From Candidatus Latescibacterota bacterium (GTDB lineage: Bacteria; Latescibacterota; UBA2968; UBA8231), in assembly GCA_965221775.1 (NCBI GenBank), contig CBDCSU010000006.1, positions 1,344,001-1,408,000 on the forward strand: DNA of 64,000 nt, read 5' to 3'. The notes beneath the pieces were generated by a model that saw only the letters and a list, made by a program, of their open reading frames with translations, was not told the origin of the DNA and made no database searches. A program made the position numbers and the translations under genes. Position 1 is the first letter of the stretch. Each line of letters opens with the position of its first letter. Below, one piece after another: positions 36,675-45,887 of this stretch.

Positions 36675-38674
36675 CAGTGGGGGAAGCCCGGCGGCATCTC
36701 CGGCTCGGAGGCGACCTCGATCCCTTTCTCGTGCCACGGGTGGGCGTACGACGGGGTGTTGACGAAGCGCTCCATCCCCAGATCCAGGCGGATCGAGGTC
36801 GACGGCGGCAGCGACACCGTCAGGTACTTCCCTTCCACCGGCTGCCGCCGGGTCTCCTCACCCTCGCGCCAGGCCGCCCCGGTGAAGGCGTGCTCGCCGA
36901 AGGCGCCGGCCTGCACGATCACCGCGGCCTCGTCCGAAGCGCTCAGGTTCACCAACCGCAGGGCGGCGCCGTCGGGCCGGATCTCCTCCACGAGGGCCGC
37001 GGTGTCGGGGGGCAGTCCGGGGCGCCCGGCGCTGGCGTCGTGGTAGCGCACCGTCGCCCGCAGCAGGCTGCCGTTGTAGACCATCTGCGGGCAGCCCAGC
37101 ATCGTCTGGATGAGGGCGCGCGTGCGGATGCCGTTGACGGGGTGGGCGTGCTGGTCGACCAGCTCCTGGGGCGTGCGGTCCTCGTCCACGAGCCGTTGCC
37201 GCCGCCGCAGGGCGTCGTCCAGCTCGTGGCGCAGGATCCTCACCGGCCAGTCGGGGTTGCGGCCGTCGTAGTAGTTGAAGCGGGCCAGCTCCGAATCCCC
37301 CTGGTCCTTCTCGCTGGCGCCGAGCTCCTCGTTCCAGTTGCGGCGGACCTCGCCGTCGCGGAAGTGCCTGAAGAGCTGCACGTCCTCCTCGGCCAGGGAT
37401 GCGTGCCACAGGTGGGCCAGGTCCTTGCCCCGCATCGGCGAGGCGCCGAGGTGGCCGTACTCGTTGTCGTCGACCCAGCCCCGGTAGTCGTGCCGGTAGC
37501 GGATGAGGAGCTGGCCGTCGTCGCCGGTGACCGCGTTGTCGGCGATGACCGTCAGCTGGGAGCGCAGGATCTCGAGGTACTCGGCGTCGCCGGTGAGGAG
37601 CTGGGCGCACTCGGCGGCGGAGACCAGGCCGTGGAAGATGATGTTGAAGCCCATGTAGTAGCTCCAGCCCATCAGGCCGCCCCACCACTGGCCGTCGCGG
37701 TGCTCGCCGATGATGCCGTTGGGACCGATGTTGTCGGGGATGATGCCGCCGTTCCTGCGGATGCGGTCCATCCACGCCTCGACGTAGTCGAGGACCCACT
37801 TCCTGTACTGCTCCTCGCCGGTGTAGAGGTAGGCGTTGGTCACCAGGCTGCAGGCGGCCAGGTTGTTGGCCACGTCGCCGTCGAGGACCATGCGGTTGAA
37901 GAGCTTCAGGACCTCGCCGGCGCGCGCCGGCTTCTTCCACCAGCCCTCCTCCAGGCCGTCGAGGCGGGGGCGCAGGGTGGTCTTGGTGCCCATCTCCTTG
38001 AACAGGTACCGCTCCCCGGACTCGTGGACGCGGCTGCCGTGGAGCTCGGCCATGGCGTTCTCGAGGGTGACCTCGAAGACGGGGCCGCGGCTGGTGGGGA
38101 AGGGGGAGCGGATGATGCGGTGGTTGGCGTCCCAGTTGGGGGCCTCCGGGTCGGCGCCGATGAACATGTTCGCGAAGCGGCGGGCGCGGTCCACGTTCTC
38201 GGGGATCTCCGGGTCGGCGAGGCCGAAGCCGTAGAAGGCCATGTTCCCCTCGGAGTGGTGGTGCCACTCGTTCACCATGCGGCGTCCCGGGACCCAGGTC
38301 GACTCCTCCTGCCGGCCCAGGCAGTAGTACTCGTTGTAAAGCTGGGGCAGCATCCAGCCGAAGACGGGGTTGCCCCGGGGGCCGTTGGTGCGCGTCGACG
38401 CGTTCCAGATCATCATGGCGTCGTCGAAGACCCGGCGGGCGCCGCCCATGGCGTAGAACACGCTCCAGTTGTCGACCTTCTCGTAGTAGTCGTCGATGTC
38501 GTCGACGTAGTACATCATGCCGCCGGGCGCGCAGTGCTTCTCCACCATGAGGGCCGCATTCTCCTCGCCCACCTCGATGAGGCGGCGCTGCAGGAGGGCC
38601 CATTCGGGCGGGGCGGCTATCTGCGAGGCGGCGATGGCGGGGCCGTACCGGAGAGGGGCGGACATCTGTCTCAT
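36674..38674 (-). CDS. Uncharacterised ~650-aa 'PPxWALL' family protein, paralog 2
   Basis: PPEWALLQRRL, DDYYE, WHHHSEG, TNAYLYTG, PDNIGP.G, WWGG, VQAGAFGEH.FT. Confidence 0.85.
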   Translation of the reverse strand: MRQMSAPLRYGPAIAASQIAAPPEWALLQRRLIEVGEENAALMVEKHCAPGGMMYYVDDIDDYYEKVDNWSVFYAMGGARRVFDDAMMIWNASTRTNGPRGNPVFGWMLPQLYNEYYCLGRQEESTWVPGRRMVNEWHHHSEGNMAFYGFGLADPEIPENVDRARRFANMFIGADPEAPNWDANHRIIRSPFPTSRGPVFEVTLENAMAELHGSRVHESGERYLFKEMGTKTTLRPRLDGLEEGWWKKPARAGEVLKLFNRMVLDGDVANNLAACSLVTNAYLYTGEEQYRKWVLDYVEAWMDRIRRNGGIIPDNIGPNGIIGEHRDGQWWGGLMGWSYYMGFNIIFHGLVSAAECAQLLTGDAEYLEILRSQLTVIADNAVTGDDGQLLIRYRHDYRGWVDDNEYGHLGASPMRGKDLAHLWHASLAEEDVQLFRHFRDGEVRRNWNEELGASEKDQGDSELARFNYYDGRNPDWPVRILRHELDDALRRRQRLVDEDRTPQELVDQHAHPVNGIRTRALIQTMLGCPQMVYNGSLLRATVRYHDASAGRPGLPPDTAALVEEIRPDGAALRLVNLSASDEAAVIVQAGAFGEHAFTGAAWREGEETRRQPVEGKYLTVSLPPSTSIRLDLGMERFVNTPSYAHPWHEKGIEVASEPEMPPGFPH

Positions 38675-40938
38675 CCCCCGACCACCAGGGTGTTACCGCT
38701 CGCGTATCTCCCCCTCTCGCCCTCGGTCGTGATCTCCACGACCCATCGATACTCGCCCCGCGCTTCGGGGAGAAGGTCGCCGCAGATCTCGCCGACGCGC
38801 TCCGTGCCATCCACATCCGCCCATTCGTCGGCCTCTCCGCGAATCTGCCACTTGGAGGTGCCGAAAGAGGTAGCGGTGTCGGAGATGACGCTGGAAACAG
38901 TGAGGCAGCCTCCTCCCGGACTGACCCAGACTGTCAGAGCGCCCACCTGGGCCTGGATTCCTCCGCCTGCGACGATCTGAATCCAGTCGACCGGTGTGTA
39001 GTCGTCCCCGGTCACGGTGACGCTCGCGGTCAGGGGCGTCGACACCAGACCTCCCGGGTCGCGGGCCGTCACCGTCACCGTGGCCATCCCCTCGGCGACT
39101 CCCGTGAAGGTCACCGTGCTGCCCGTCACGGACACGCTCACGATGCGCGGGTTCGACGATGTCGCCGAGTAGGTCAGCTCCTCCCCGTCGGGGTCGCTGA
39201 AGAACTCGGAGACGTCCACGTCCACGGAGCCGCCTTCGGGTATGGTCACCGCGGGCCTCTCCCCGTCCGCCGTATCGCCCTCCTGTGAGGTCTGCGGAGG
39301 AAGCTCGTTCACCGTCGCCAGCGGCGGCTGGTTCGCGGCCATCTCCACCGTGACGCGGACTCCCGCGGAGCAGTTGTTGCCGGCACTCTCGCCGTCCCCG
39401 CCGTCGACGCAGGCGCCGTAGTAGTAGGTGCCTTCATCCGATGGGGCATCGAGGCGGATCGACTCGGCACTCGTGCCGGAGGCGGCCAGGGCGCTCACCT
39501 GATCGGTGCCGACTTGCGTATCCTGCCTGGAGATCGTCCGGTTCGACGAGCGGTAGTAGCGCAACGTCGTCGCTGCCGCCCCGCCCGTGCCCTGGTTGCG
39601 GATCGTGGCGCTGAGCGTAAACTCCTGCCCCGGCGTCAAGCTGTTGTCGCTGACCAGGATCGATTGAACGATCAGGTCGGCGGGGCTGCCGGCCACCTCG
39701 TAGGTGTAGGTCCGCAGGACCGTGCCGTCCGATTCGCGCCGCAGCTCCACCGTGCCCGTGCCCTCCGCGCACCCGGCCAGGTAGATCGACTCTCCGTCCT
39801 GGCGCGAGAGGTCGTCCTCGGCCTCGGCCGGGCAGTAGTTGCCCCGGCCGCTGCGCGTGGTGATCTCCAGCAGCCGGGGGGTTCCCGCCGGGTTGACCAC
39901 CACCGTGACCGGCTCGTCGGCCTCGACCGTGAACCGGTGCCAGGCCCCGTCGTCGGCCAACGACAGCGTCGAGGACTCCGGCGACAGCGAAACGGCCGGA
40001 CCCACCGCCTCTCCGATGCCGGCGGGCAATGCCGGATCGGATGGATCGTTGAGGTAGGCGGCGATGGCCCAGGCGTCGGACAGATCGATCCGGCCGTCGC
40101 CGTTGACGTCGCCCAGGGAGATATCGCCGCCGTTGGGCATGACGATGGAAGCATCGAGGCTGTATGCCACCACCAGCAGGGCGTCGAAGAAGTCGACCCG
40201 GCCGGTGTTGTCCACGTCGCCCAGAATGCCACCCGAGGCCACCTTCGCCGAGGGAATCTCGCTCGGCGCTTCGACCACCACCTCCAGCGGGGCGAGGCCC
40301 GCCTCCACCCGGAAAGCCGGATCGACGTAGGGGACGAGTCCCGGCCCCGAGACGATCAATCCGTAGGCCGGGGCTCCGGCTTCGCCGGAGGGAGCCTCGC
40401 CGGGGGAGCCCGCCCCCGACGGAATCCCCGCCTGTCCGTCGATCAGCAGCATCGACCGGCTGATCCTCGCCCCGCCCCCGCTCAGCCGGTAGACATAGAC
40501 GCCGGCGCCCACCGCCCGACCCGCCTCATCCGTGGCATCCCATGCCGCGGTGTGAAAACCGGCCGGCTGCTCCCCGTCCACCAGAGTCGCCACGCGCTGC
40601 CCCAGGAGATTGAACACCTCCAGGCGCACGGCCATCGAAGCCGGCAGTTGGTACGGGATGAGGGTGGAGGGGTTGAAGGGATTGGGGTAGTTCGACCCCA
40701 GCCCGAAGCGCTCCGGGAGAGCTCCCGACTCGGCGGCCAACGGCAGAGTGAACCGCCCCGATCGGTCCGTGACGGCAGTCAGCGGCGCGGCGCGCAGATC
40801 GGTCAGATTGACCAGCAGCACCCGGGCCCCGGGCACCGGGGCGCCCGAGGGCAAGAGCACCCGCCCCTCGACCAGGGGCCGGGCCTCCGCACTCCATGAC
40901 GCGGCCAACCCGATGATGCAGATGATGGCTGTTTTCAT
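38671..40938 (-). CDS. Exported multidomain protein: FlgD/T9SS-CTD-like, dockerin-like, CARDB-like and cadherin/Ig-like domains
   Basis: Signal peptide MKTAIICIIGLAASWSAEA; NYPNPFNPST.I.Y…GVYVYRL; GDVDNTG..D…GDVNGDG.ID..D; ADL.V…ATIRNQG…YYYGACVD; VDVSEFFSDPDGEELTY. Confidence 0.8.
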   Translation of the reverse strand: MKTAIICIIGLAASWSAEARPLVEGRVLLPSGAPVPGARVLLVNLTDLRAAPLTAVTDRSGRFTLPLAAESGALPERFGLGSNYPNPFNPSTLIPYQLPASMAVRLEVFNLLGQRVATLVDGEQPAGFHTAAWDATDEAGRAVGAGVYVYRLSGGGARISRSMLLIDGQAGIPSGAGSPGEAPSGEAGAPAYGLIVSGPGLVPYVDPAFRVEAGLAPLEVVVEAPSEIPSAKVASGGILGDVDNTGRVDFFDALLVVAYSLDASIVMPNGGDISLGDVNGDGRIDLSDAWAIAAYLNDPSDPALPAGIGEAVGPAVSLSPESSTLSLADDGAWHRFTVEADEPVTVVVNPAGTPRLLEITTRSGRGNYCPAEAEDDLSRQDGESIYLAGCAEGTGTVELRRESDGTVLRTYTYEVAGSPADLIVQSILVSDNSLTPGQEFTLSATIRNQGTGGAAATTLRYYRSSNRTISRQDTQVGTDQVSALAASGTSAESIRLDAPSDEGTYYYGACVDGGDGESAGNNCSAGVRVTVEMAANQPPLATVNELPPQTSQEGDTADGERPAVTIPEGGSVDVDVSEFFSDPDGEELTYSATSSNPRIVSVSVTGSTVTFTGVAEGMATVTVTARDPGGLVSTPLTASVTVTGDDYTPVDWIQIVAGGGIQAQVGALTVWVSPGGGCLTVSSVISDTATSFGTSKWQIRGEADEWADVDGTERVGEICGDLLPEARGEYRWVVEITTEGERGRYASGNTLVVGG

Positions 40939-41254
40939 CTCAATGCCCTCCCGAAAGGCCATCATGCCAACCGTGTCAGCTTGACGGCACCTTGCTTTGG
41001 GGGAGTAACCGCTGCGGCCCCCCGTCGCACGGTGGCCCCGAGCAGGTCGGAGCGCCGGGCGGGGCGGGCTGGGGAGGGATGGTTCGCCGCCAGGGGGGGA
41101 GGACGACGGCGATGACAACGGCCGAGGGCCAGGCGAGGCAGGGTCTCCTCGTGCCACGGGTAATCTACCCGGCGGCGGGCCGGGCGGGCAAGCCCGGGGT
41201 CAGGCGGCCTCCCTTGTCCTGCGGCGGCGGGCGATGGCCGCGCCGGGGCGCCTT

Positions 41255-43189
41255 CTACTGGAAGGGCACGGGAATCCGGTCTCGGTGCCAGGGGAAGGCG
41301 TGGGAAGGGGCGTTGACGAAGCGGCGCATGCCCGCATCGAGGCGGATCGCCGAAGACGGCCGCATGTCCACGGTGAAGTGTCTGCCGTCGACCATGGTGA
41401 CCTGCGTCGACTCGCCGGCCTCGACGCGGACCTCGGTGAAATCGTGCTCGCCGAAGGCCCCGGCCTGGACCACCACCCGGCGCCCGGCGGCGGGATCGAG
41501 GTTCACCAGCCGCAGTCCGACGCGGTCGGCCTCGAGCCGGTCCACCAGAGCGGCCACGTCCCGCGGGATGCCGGGGCGGGCGTTGTCGGGGTCGAAGTAG
41601 CGCACCGTCGCCCGCAGCAGGCCGCCGTGGTAGACCGGCTGCGGCGCCCCCATCATCACGTTGGTCAGGACCTTGGTGTGGACGGGATTCGGGGGATGGC
41701 GGTTGTCCTCGATGATCTGCTCCACGGTGCGGTCGTCCTCGGCCTGCTCGCGGTGGACTTTCAGGACGCTCTCCAGCTCGGCCCGCAGGATCGCCTCCGG
41801 CCAGCCCGGGTTCCTGCCGTCGTAGTACTGGAACCGCGGGTACTCGTGGACCCCCTTGTAGAAGTCGGGACCCTCGACCTCGTTGGCGCTCCAGTCGATG
41901 GTCACGTCCCGCTCCCTCACCCAGGTGAGCAGCTCGTGGTCCTGCCGCGACAGGGAGGCGTGCCACAGACGGGCCAGCTCGTTCATGCGCACCGGCTGGT
42001 CGAGCCCGGTGACCGGGTTCCACATCTTGTGGCCCCAGCCCTCGAGCCCGTGGCGCACGGCCTGCAGGAACTGGCCGTCCTCGCGGGTGATGCCGTTGTC
42101 GACGAGGACCCGGATCTGCGAGCGCAGCAGGTCGAGGTAGCCGTAGTCGCCGGTGAGCAGCAGGGCGCACTCGGCGGCGATGGTCAGGGAGTGGAAGAGG
42201 ATGTTGAAGCCGCAGTAGCTGTTCCAGCCGTAGACGCCGCCCCACCAGCAGCCGTCCCGGTGCTCGCCGATCCTGCCGGTGGGGCCCACGTTGTCGGGGA
42301 TGACGCCGCCGTTGGCGCCGATGCGCTCCATCCAGATGTCGACGTAGTCGACGACCCAGTCCTTGTAGCGGGAGTCGCCGGTGTGCAGGTAGGCGTTGGT
42401 GATCAGCGCCGTGGCCCCGAGGTTGTTGGGCGAGTCGGCGTTGAGGACGATGCGGTCGAAGAGGCCGACGATCTCCTTGCGGCGGCGGGGCGCCTTCCAC
42501 CAGTCCGCCTCCAGGTGGGGCACCACCGGGTAGAGGGTGGAGCGGGCGCCGTAGTAGTTGACCTCGCCGCCGAGCTCGGCCGGTCCGTAGAGGTAAGCGT
42601 GGGCCTTCTCGGGAGTGGCCTTCAGCCACGGGCCCTGGCTCGTCTGGAAGGGGGAGCGCAGCACCTTGTGGCGCGGGTCGTAGTTGGGGGCGGCCTCGTC
42701 CCCGCCGAGGTAGAACCCGGCGAACTGGACCGCGCGGCGCACGTTCTCCGAGATCGTCGGGTCCGCCAGGCACAGGTGGTAGAAGGCCATGTTGCCCTCG
42801 CCGGCGTGGTGCCACTCGGCGTCGCCGGGATGGACAAGGCCGTAGTACTCGCGGTGGACCTGCTGGGTGAAGCGCGGGTGCACGCGGTTGACGATGCTGT
42901 CGTCGCCGAAGCGGGTGACGGCGTTCCAGTGCTGCAGGGCCAGCTCCAGGATCCGCTCGTCCGCCCCCATGGCGTAGAACAGGCCCCAGTTGTGGATCAT
43001 CTCGTAGAGGTCGTCCACGTCGTCGGCGTAGTAGGGCACGCCGCCGCGCTGGGAGTAGCGGCTCACGCGCAACTCGGCCGCCTCTTCCATCACCTCGAAG
43101 AGGCGCCGCTCCAGCAGGGCCCAGGCGGGCGGGGCCGTCACCGCCGCGGCGGTGACCGTGGGCAGGTTCAGTTCGACCCCCCGTCTCAT
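41255..43189 (-). CDS. Uncharacterised ~650-aa 'PPxWALL' family protein, paralog 3
   Basis: True gene is the 3' part of ORF 41255..44329, with ATG 43189 overlapping the upstream stop. PPAWALLERRL, DDLYE, WHHAGEG, PDNVGPTG, VQAGAFGEH.FT. Confidence 0.85.
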   Translation of the reverse strand: MRRGVELNLPTVTAAAVTAPPAWALLERRLFEVMEEAAELRVSRYSQRGGVPYYADDVDDLYEMIHNWGLFYAMGADERILELALQHWNAVTRFGDDSIVNRVHPRFTQQVHREYYGLVHPGDAEWHHAGEGNMAFYHLCLADPTISENVRRAVQFAGFYLGGDEAAPNYDPRHKVLRSPFQTSQGPWLKATPEKAHAYLYGPAELGGEVNYYGARSTLYPVVPHLEADWWKAPRRRKEIVGLFDRIVLNADSPNNLGATALITNAYLHTGDSRYKDWVVDYVDIWMERIGANGGVIPDNVGPTGRIGEHRDGCWWGGVYGWNSYCGFNILFHSLTIAAECALLLTGDYGYLDLLRSQIRVLVDNGITREDGQFLQAVRHGLEGWGHKMWNPVTGLDQPVRMNELARLWHASLSRQDHELLTWVRERDVTIDWSANEVEGPDFYKGVHEYPRFQYYDGRNPGWPEAILRAELESVLKVHREQAEDDRTVEQIIEDNRHPPNPVHTKVLTNVMMGAPQPVYHGGLLRATVRYFDPDNARPGIPRDVAALVDRLEADRVGLRLVNLDPAAGRRVVVQAGAFGEHDFTEVRVEAGESTQVTMVDGRHFTVDMRPSSAIRLDAGMRRFVNAPSHAFPWHRDRIPVPFQ

Positions 43190-44727
43190 GAGGGCGGCGC
43201 GATCTTGACCGGGTCGAGGGCCTCGGGGAGATCGAACTCGGTGTAGCGCAGGTGGATCTCGACGCCGGTGAGGGTGCGGTCGAAGCCGGCGGTCCGCTCC
43301 TTGCGCAGGATCTCCAACTCCACCGTGTTCTCGCCCTGCACCACCTCGCCGGCGTCCAGGGTCCACCGCAGCCAGTAGAGGCCGCGCCGGGGCTCGTGGA
43401 TGGCCTTGCTCTCCACGGGCAGGTCCCTGCCGTTGAAGCGGAAGGCGACCTCGTCCTCGACGCAGAGCTGCTTGAAGGTCAGGGTGAGCACGGGGTCGCG
43501 GATCTCGCCGTCGGCCATGGCCGCCTCGATCTCGTCGGCCACGGTGATGCTTACGGTCTCGGCGGCGCCCTCCTCCAGGACCAGGGGCAGCCGGCGGCCG
43601 TCGGGACGGACATAGGGAGGCAGTTCCTCCCGCTCCGGCAGGAAGTAGCGCTTGTCGTGGCGCAGGGCCGCCTCGGGGAAGGCCAGCTCGCGCAGGACCC
43701 GGTACTCGGCGTCGGAGAAGGGCCAGGGCAGGTAGCCCAGGTAGGCGCCGGTGAACCCCTGCCAGCGCGCGGTGCGGCCGAAGGCGCGGAACATCTCGAT
43801 GTTGGCGATGCCGGTGCGGGGGTCCTCGAGGCGGCGCCCCGGCCGCAGGTAGGAGGCCACTCCCGCGGCGTTGGCGGCGTCGGCGAGCCAGCGGCCGTCG
43901 CTGACGCACGGGTCCAGGAACAGGTTGGGGATCTGGCCGACGACGAGGTCGACGTCGCCGGCGGCGATCCAGGCCTCCACGTCGAGCCCGAGATCCAGGT
44001 TCTCCTCGCGCCGGTGCCAGACCCGGGCCATGACCGGGATCGTCCGCGACTGCGCTTCGCCGATCTCTCGGGTCAACGAGCGCACGTCGGCGACGAAGCG
44101 GTTCATCGTCTCCACGTGGGCCTCGGTCTCGGAGCGCCGGAAGTAGAGGGGGAAGAACATGAAGTCCAGCTCGATGCCGTCGGCCCCGTACTCCTCCAGG
44201 ACCTCGCGGACGAGGCTGAGCTTCTCGTCGCGGACGGCGGGGTTGGCGTAGTCGTAGCACCACTCGGTCTGGTGAGAGGGGAAGCGGTCGTCCCCCGTCC
44301 CCAGGGTCACCTCCATGCCGTGATGCCACTTGAGCCAGCCGCAGCGCTCGCCGCCCTGGGGGGTCGGGTCCTGCAGCTTGAGGCTGGGGAAGACGCGGAC
44401 CCCCGCATCGCGGCCGTGACGGATCACCTCCCGTAGCTGATCGGTGCCCATGGCCGCCGCGTCCCGGACCAGGCGCATGATGCGCCAGTTGATGAACTGA
44501 TCCCAGACCTCCTGCTCCTGGCCGATGACGCGGCCGACGCGGGTCTGGTGGAAGTAGACGTCGCCGAAGCCGAGGCCGAAGGCGAGCAGGTCCACCCCGG
44601 TGCCGGAGAGCTCGTCGGTGGGCCAGCGCATCTTGTGCAGGCTCAGGGGCGGATCGACGCGCTTGGCGTGGAAGTGGTGGGCGTCGCTGTAGTAGATCAG
44701 GCGCGGCGGCGGGGCGGAGTCCGGCAT
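43186..44727 (-). CDS. GHL10/DUF187-like glycoside-hydrolase-like TIM-barrel protein
   Basis: YYSDAHH, YDYANPAVRDEKL, ADGIELDFM, DVEAWI..G.VD; C-terminal beta-sandwich; GGAG RBS before ATG 44727. Confidence 0.65.
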   Translation of the reverse strand: MPDSAPPPRLIYYSDAHHFHAKRVDPPLSLHKMRWPTDELSGTGVDLLAFGLGFGDVYFHQTRVGRVIGQEQEVWDQFINWRIMRLVRDAAAMGTDQLREVIRHGRDAGVRVFPSLKLQDPTPQGGERCGWLKWHHGMEVTLGTGDDRFPSHQTEWCYDYANPAVRDEKLSLVREVLEEYGADGIELDFMFFPLYFRRSETEAHVETMNRFVADVRSLTREIGEAQSRTIPVMARVWHRREENLDLGLDVEAWIAAGDVDLVVGQIPNLFLDPCVSDGRWLADAANAAGVASYLRPGRRLEDPRTGIANIEMFRAFGRTARWQGFTGAYLGYLPWPFSDAEYRVLRELAFPEAALRHDKRYFLPEREELPPYVRPDGRRLPLVLEEGAAETVSITVADEIEAAMADGEIRDPVLTLTFKQLCVEDEVAFRFNGRDLPVESKAIHEPRRGLYWLRWTLDAGEVVQGENTVELEILRKERTAGFDRTLTGVEIHLRYTEFDLPEALDPVKIAPPS

Positions 44728-44750
44728 GTCGTCTCCTGGGTGCGGGGCTC

Positions 44751-45887
44751 TCAGTGGCCGGGGATGCGGAGCCCGCGGTCCTCCACGGGCACGGAGAGGC
44801 GGGCGCCGCCCTGCAGGTGGGAGCAGGCCACGGCGAACTCGGCCTCGGCCGCCTGCAGGGTGCGGTCGATGTGGCCGCTGGTGCGCTGGCCCGTCTCCAG
44901 CTCGCGGACGATCTCGCGGATGATGACGACGGTGGGGCTCTCGCCCCGGGGCCGGATCACCTCCTCCTCCCAGCCGCCCTCGGCGCGGCGCCGCACCCGG
45001 AAGTCGGCGCCGTCGTCCCAGGCCCAGACCCGCCCCTGGTCGCCGTGGACCTCGAACTCGGTGGCCCCCAGCCGCGGCACGAAGACGGACTCGGTGCCGT
45101 TGGCGTAGCCGACGCGGGCGAACTCCAGGACAGGCTCGGCGTAGCGGGTGCCCTCCGGGGGGACGAAACAGTGGCCCTCCGGATCGTAGGCCGGGACCGG
45201 CAGCGGCTGGCGCGTCATCTCGTCCCCCTCGCGGGGGCCCATGCGGGAATCTCCGGGGTCGAGGGGATCGCCCGGCTCCACGAGCCGGCCCTCGGCCCAG
45301 ACCGGCGCCGGGTCCCCGAGGAGCATGGCCACGGTGTCGAAGGAGTGGGAGTGGTGCTTCATGAGATCGGTGCACCAGAAGGTGAAGGCGAACTGCGGCG
45401 CACCGATGTCGCCGCCCTCGATGGCCCGGCGCAGGCGCACGAACCCGTCGTGGTAGCGGCGCTCGGCCCCGAAGTTGAAGGCCACGCCCTTCGAGCGGCA
45501 GGCCGCGGCGATGGCATCCGCCTCGGCCAGGGAGGCGCACAGGGCCTTCTCGGCGTAGATGCCGCGGACCCCGTGCTCGACGGCGAAGAGGATCGCCTCG
45601 GCGCGGTACCGGGACTGGGTGGTGACGCTGACGATCTCCGGCCTCTCCTTCTCGATCATCTCGCGGTAGTCGAGATAGGTGTTGGTCATGCCGAAGCGCT
45701 CGGTGAACAGCTTCAGCCGGCCCGGCCGGCGGCCGGCCACGGCCACCACCTCCGTCTCGTCGACGGCGGAGTACGCGGCGAAGTGTCCGTGGGGCTTGCG
45801 GAAGGTGTTCGGCGGCTGCTCGTCCTCGAGGAGGCCGCCCATGCGGCCGCCCCCGATGATGGCGGCGCGGTACCTGCGTTCACTCAT
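44751..45887 (-). CDS. Gfo/Idh/MocA family oxidoreductase
   Basis: AAIIGGGRMG, Y.DYREM.EKE.P, AEKAL, SHSFD. Confidence 0.85.
   Translation of the reverse strand: MSERRYRAAIIGGGRMGGLLEDEQPPNTFRKPHGHFAAYSAVDETEVVAVAGRRPGRLKLFTERFGMTNTYLDYREMIEKERPEIVSVTTQSRYRAEAILFAVEHGVRGIYAEKALCASLAEADAIAAACRSKGVAFNFGAERRYHDGFVRLRRAIEGGDIGAPQFAFTFWCTDLMKHHSHSFDTVAMLLGDPAPVWAEGRLVEPGDPLDPGDSRMGPREGDEMTRQPLPVPAYDPEGHCFVPPEGTRYAEPVLEFARVGYANGTESVFVPRLGATEFEVHGDQGRVWAWDDGADFRVRRRAEGGWEEEVIRPRGESPTVVIIREIVRELETGQRTSGHIDRTLQAAEAEFAVACSHLQGGARLSVPVEDRGLRIPGH

Noticed and set aside
40939-41254. ~315-bp intergenic region as a riboswitch, ncRNA or sigma54 promoter
   Set aside because: GC-rich hairpins are possible, but no recognisable RNA family motif is present, and the GGCAC/TTGC spacing does not fit -24/-12.
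43190-45540. N-terminal extensions of ORFs 41255..44329 and 43186..45540, which suggest fusions
   Set aside because: The extensions overlap other well-supported genes in different frames and are low-complexity; no frameshift signal is evident.
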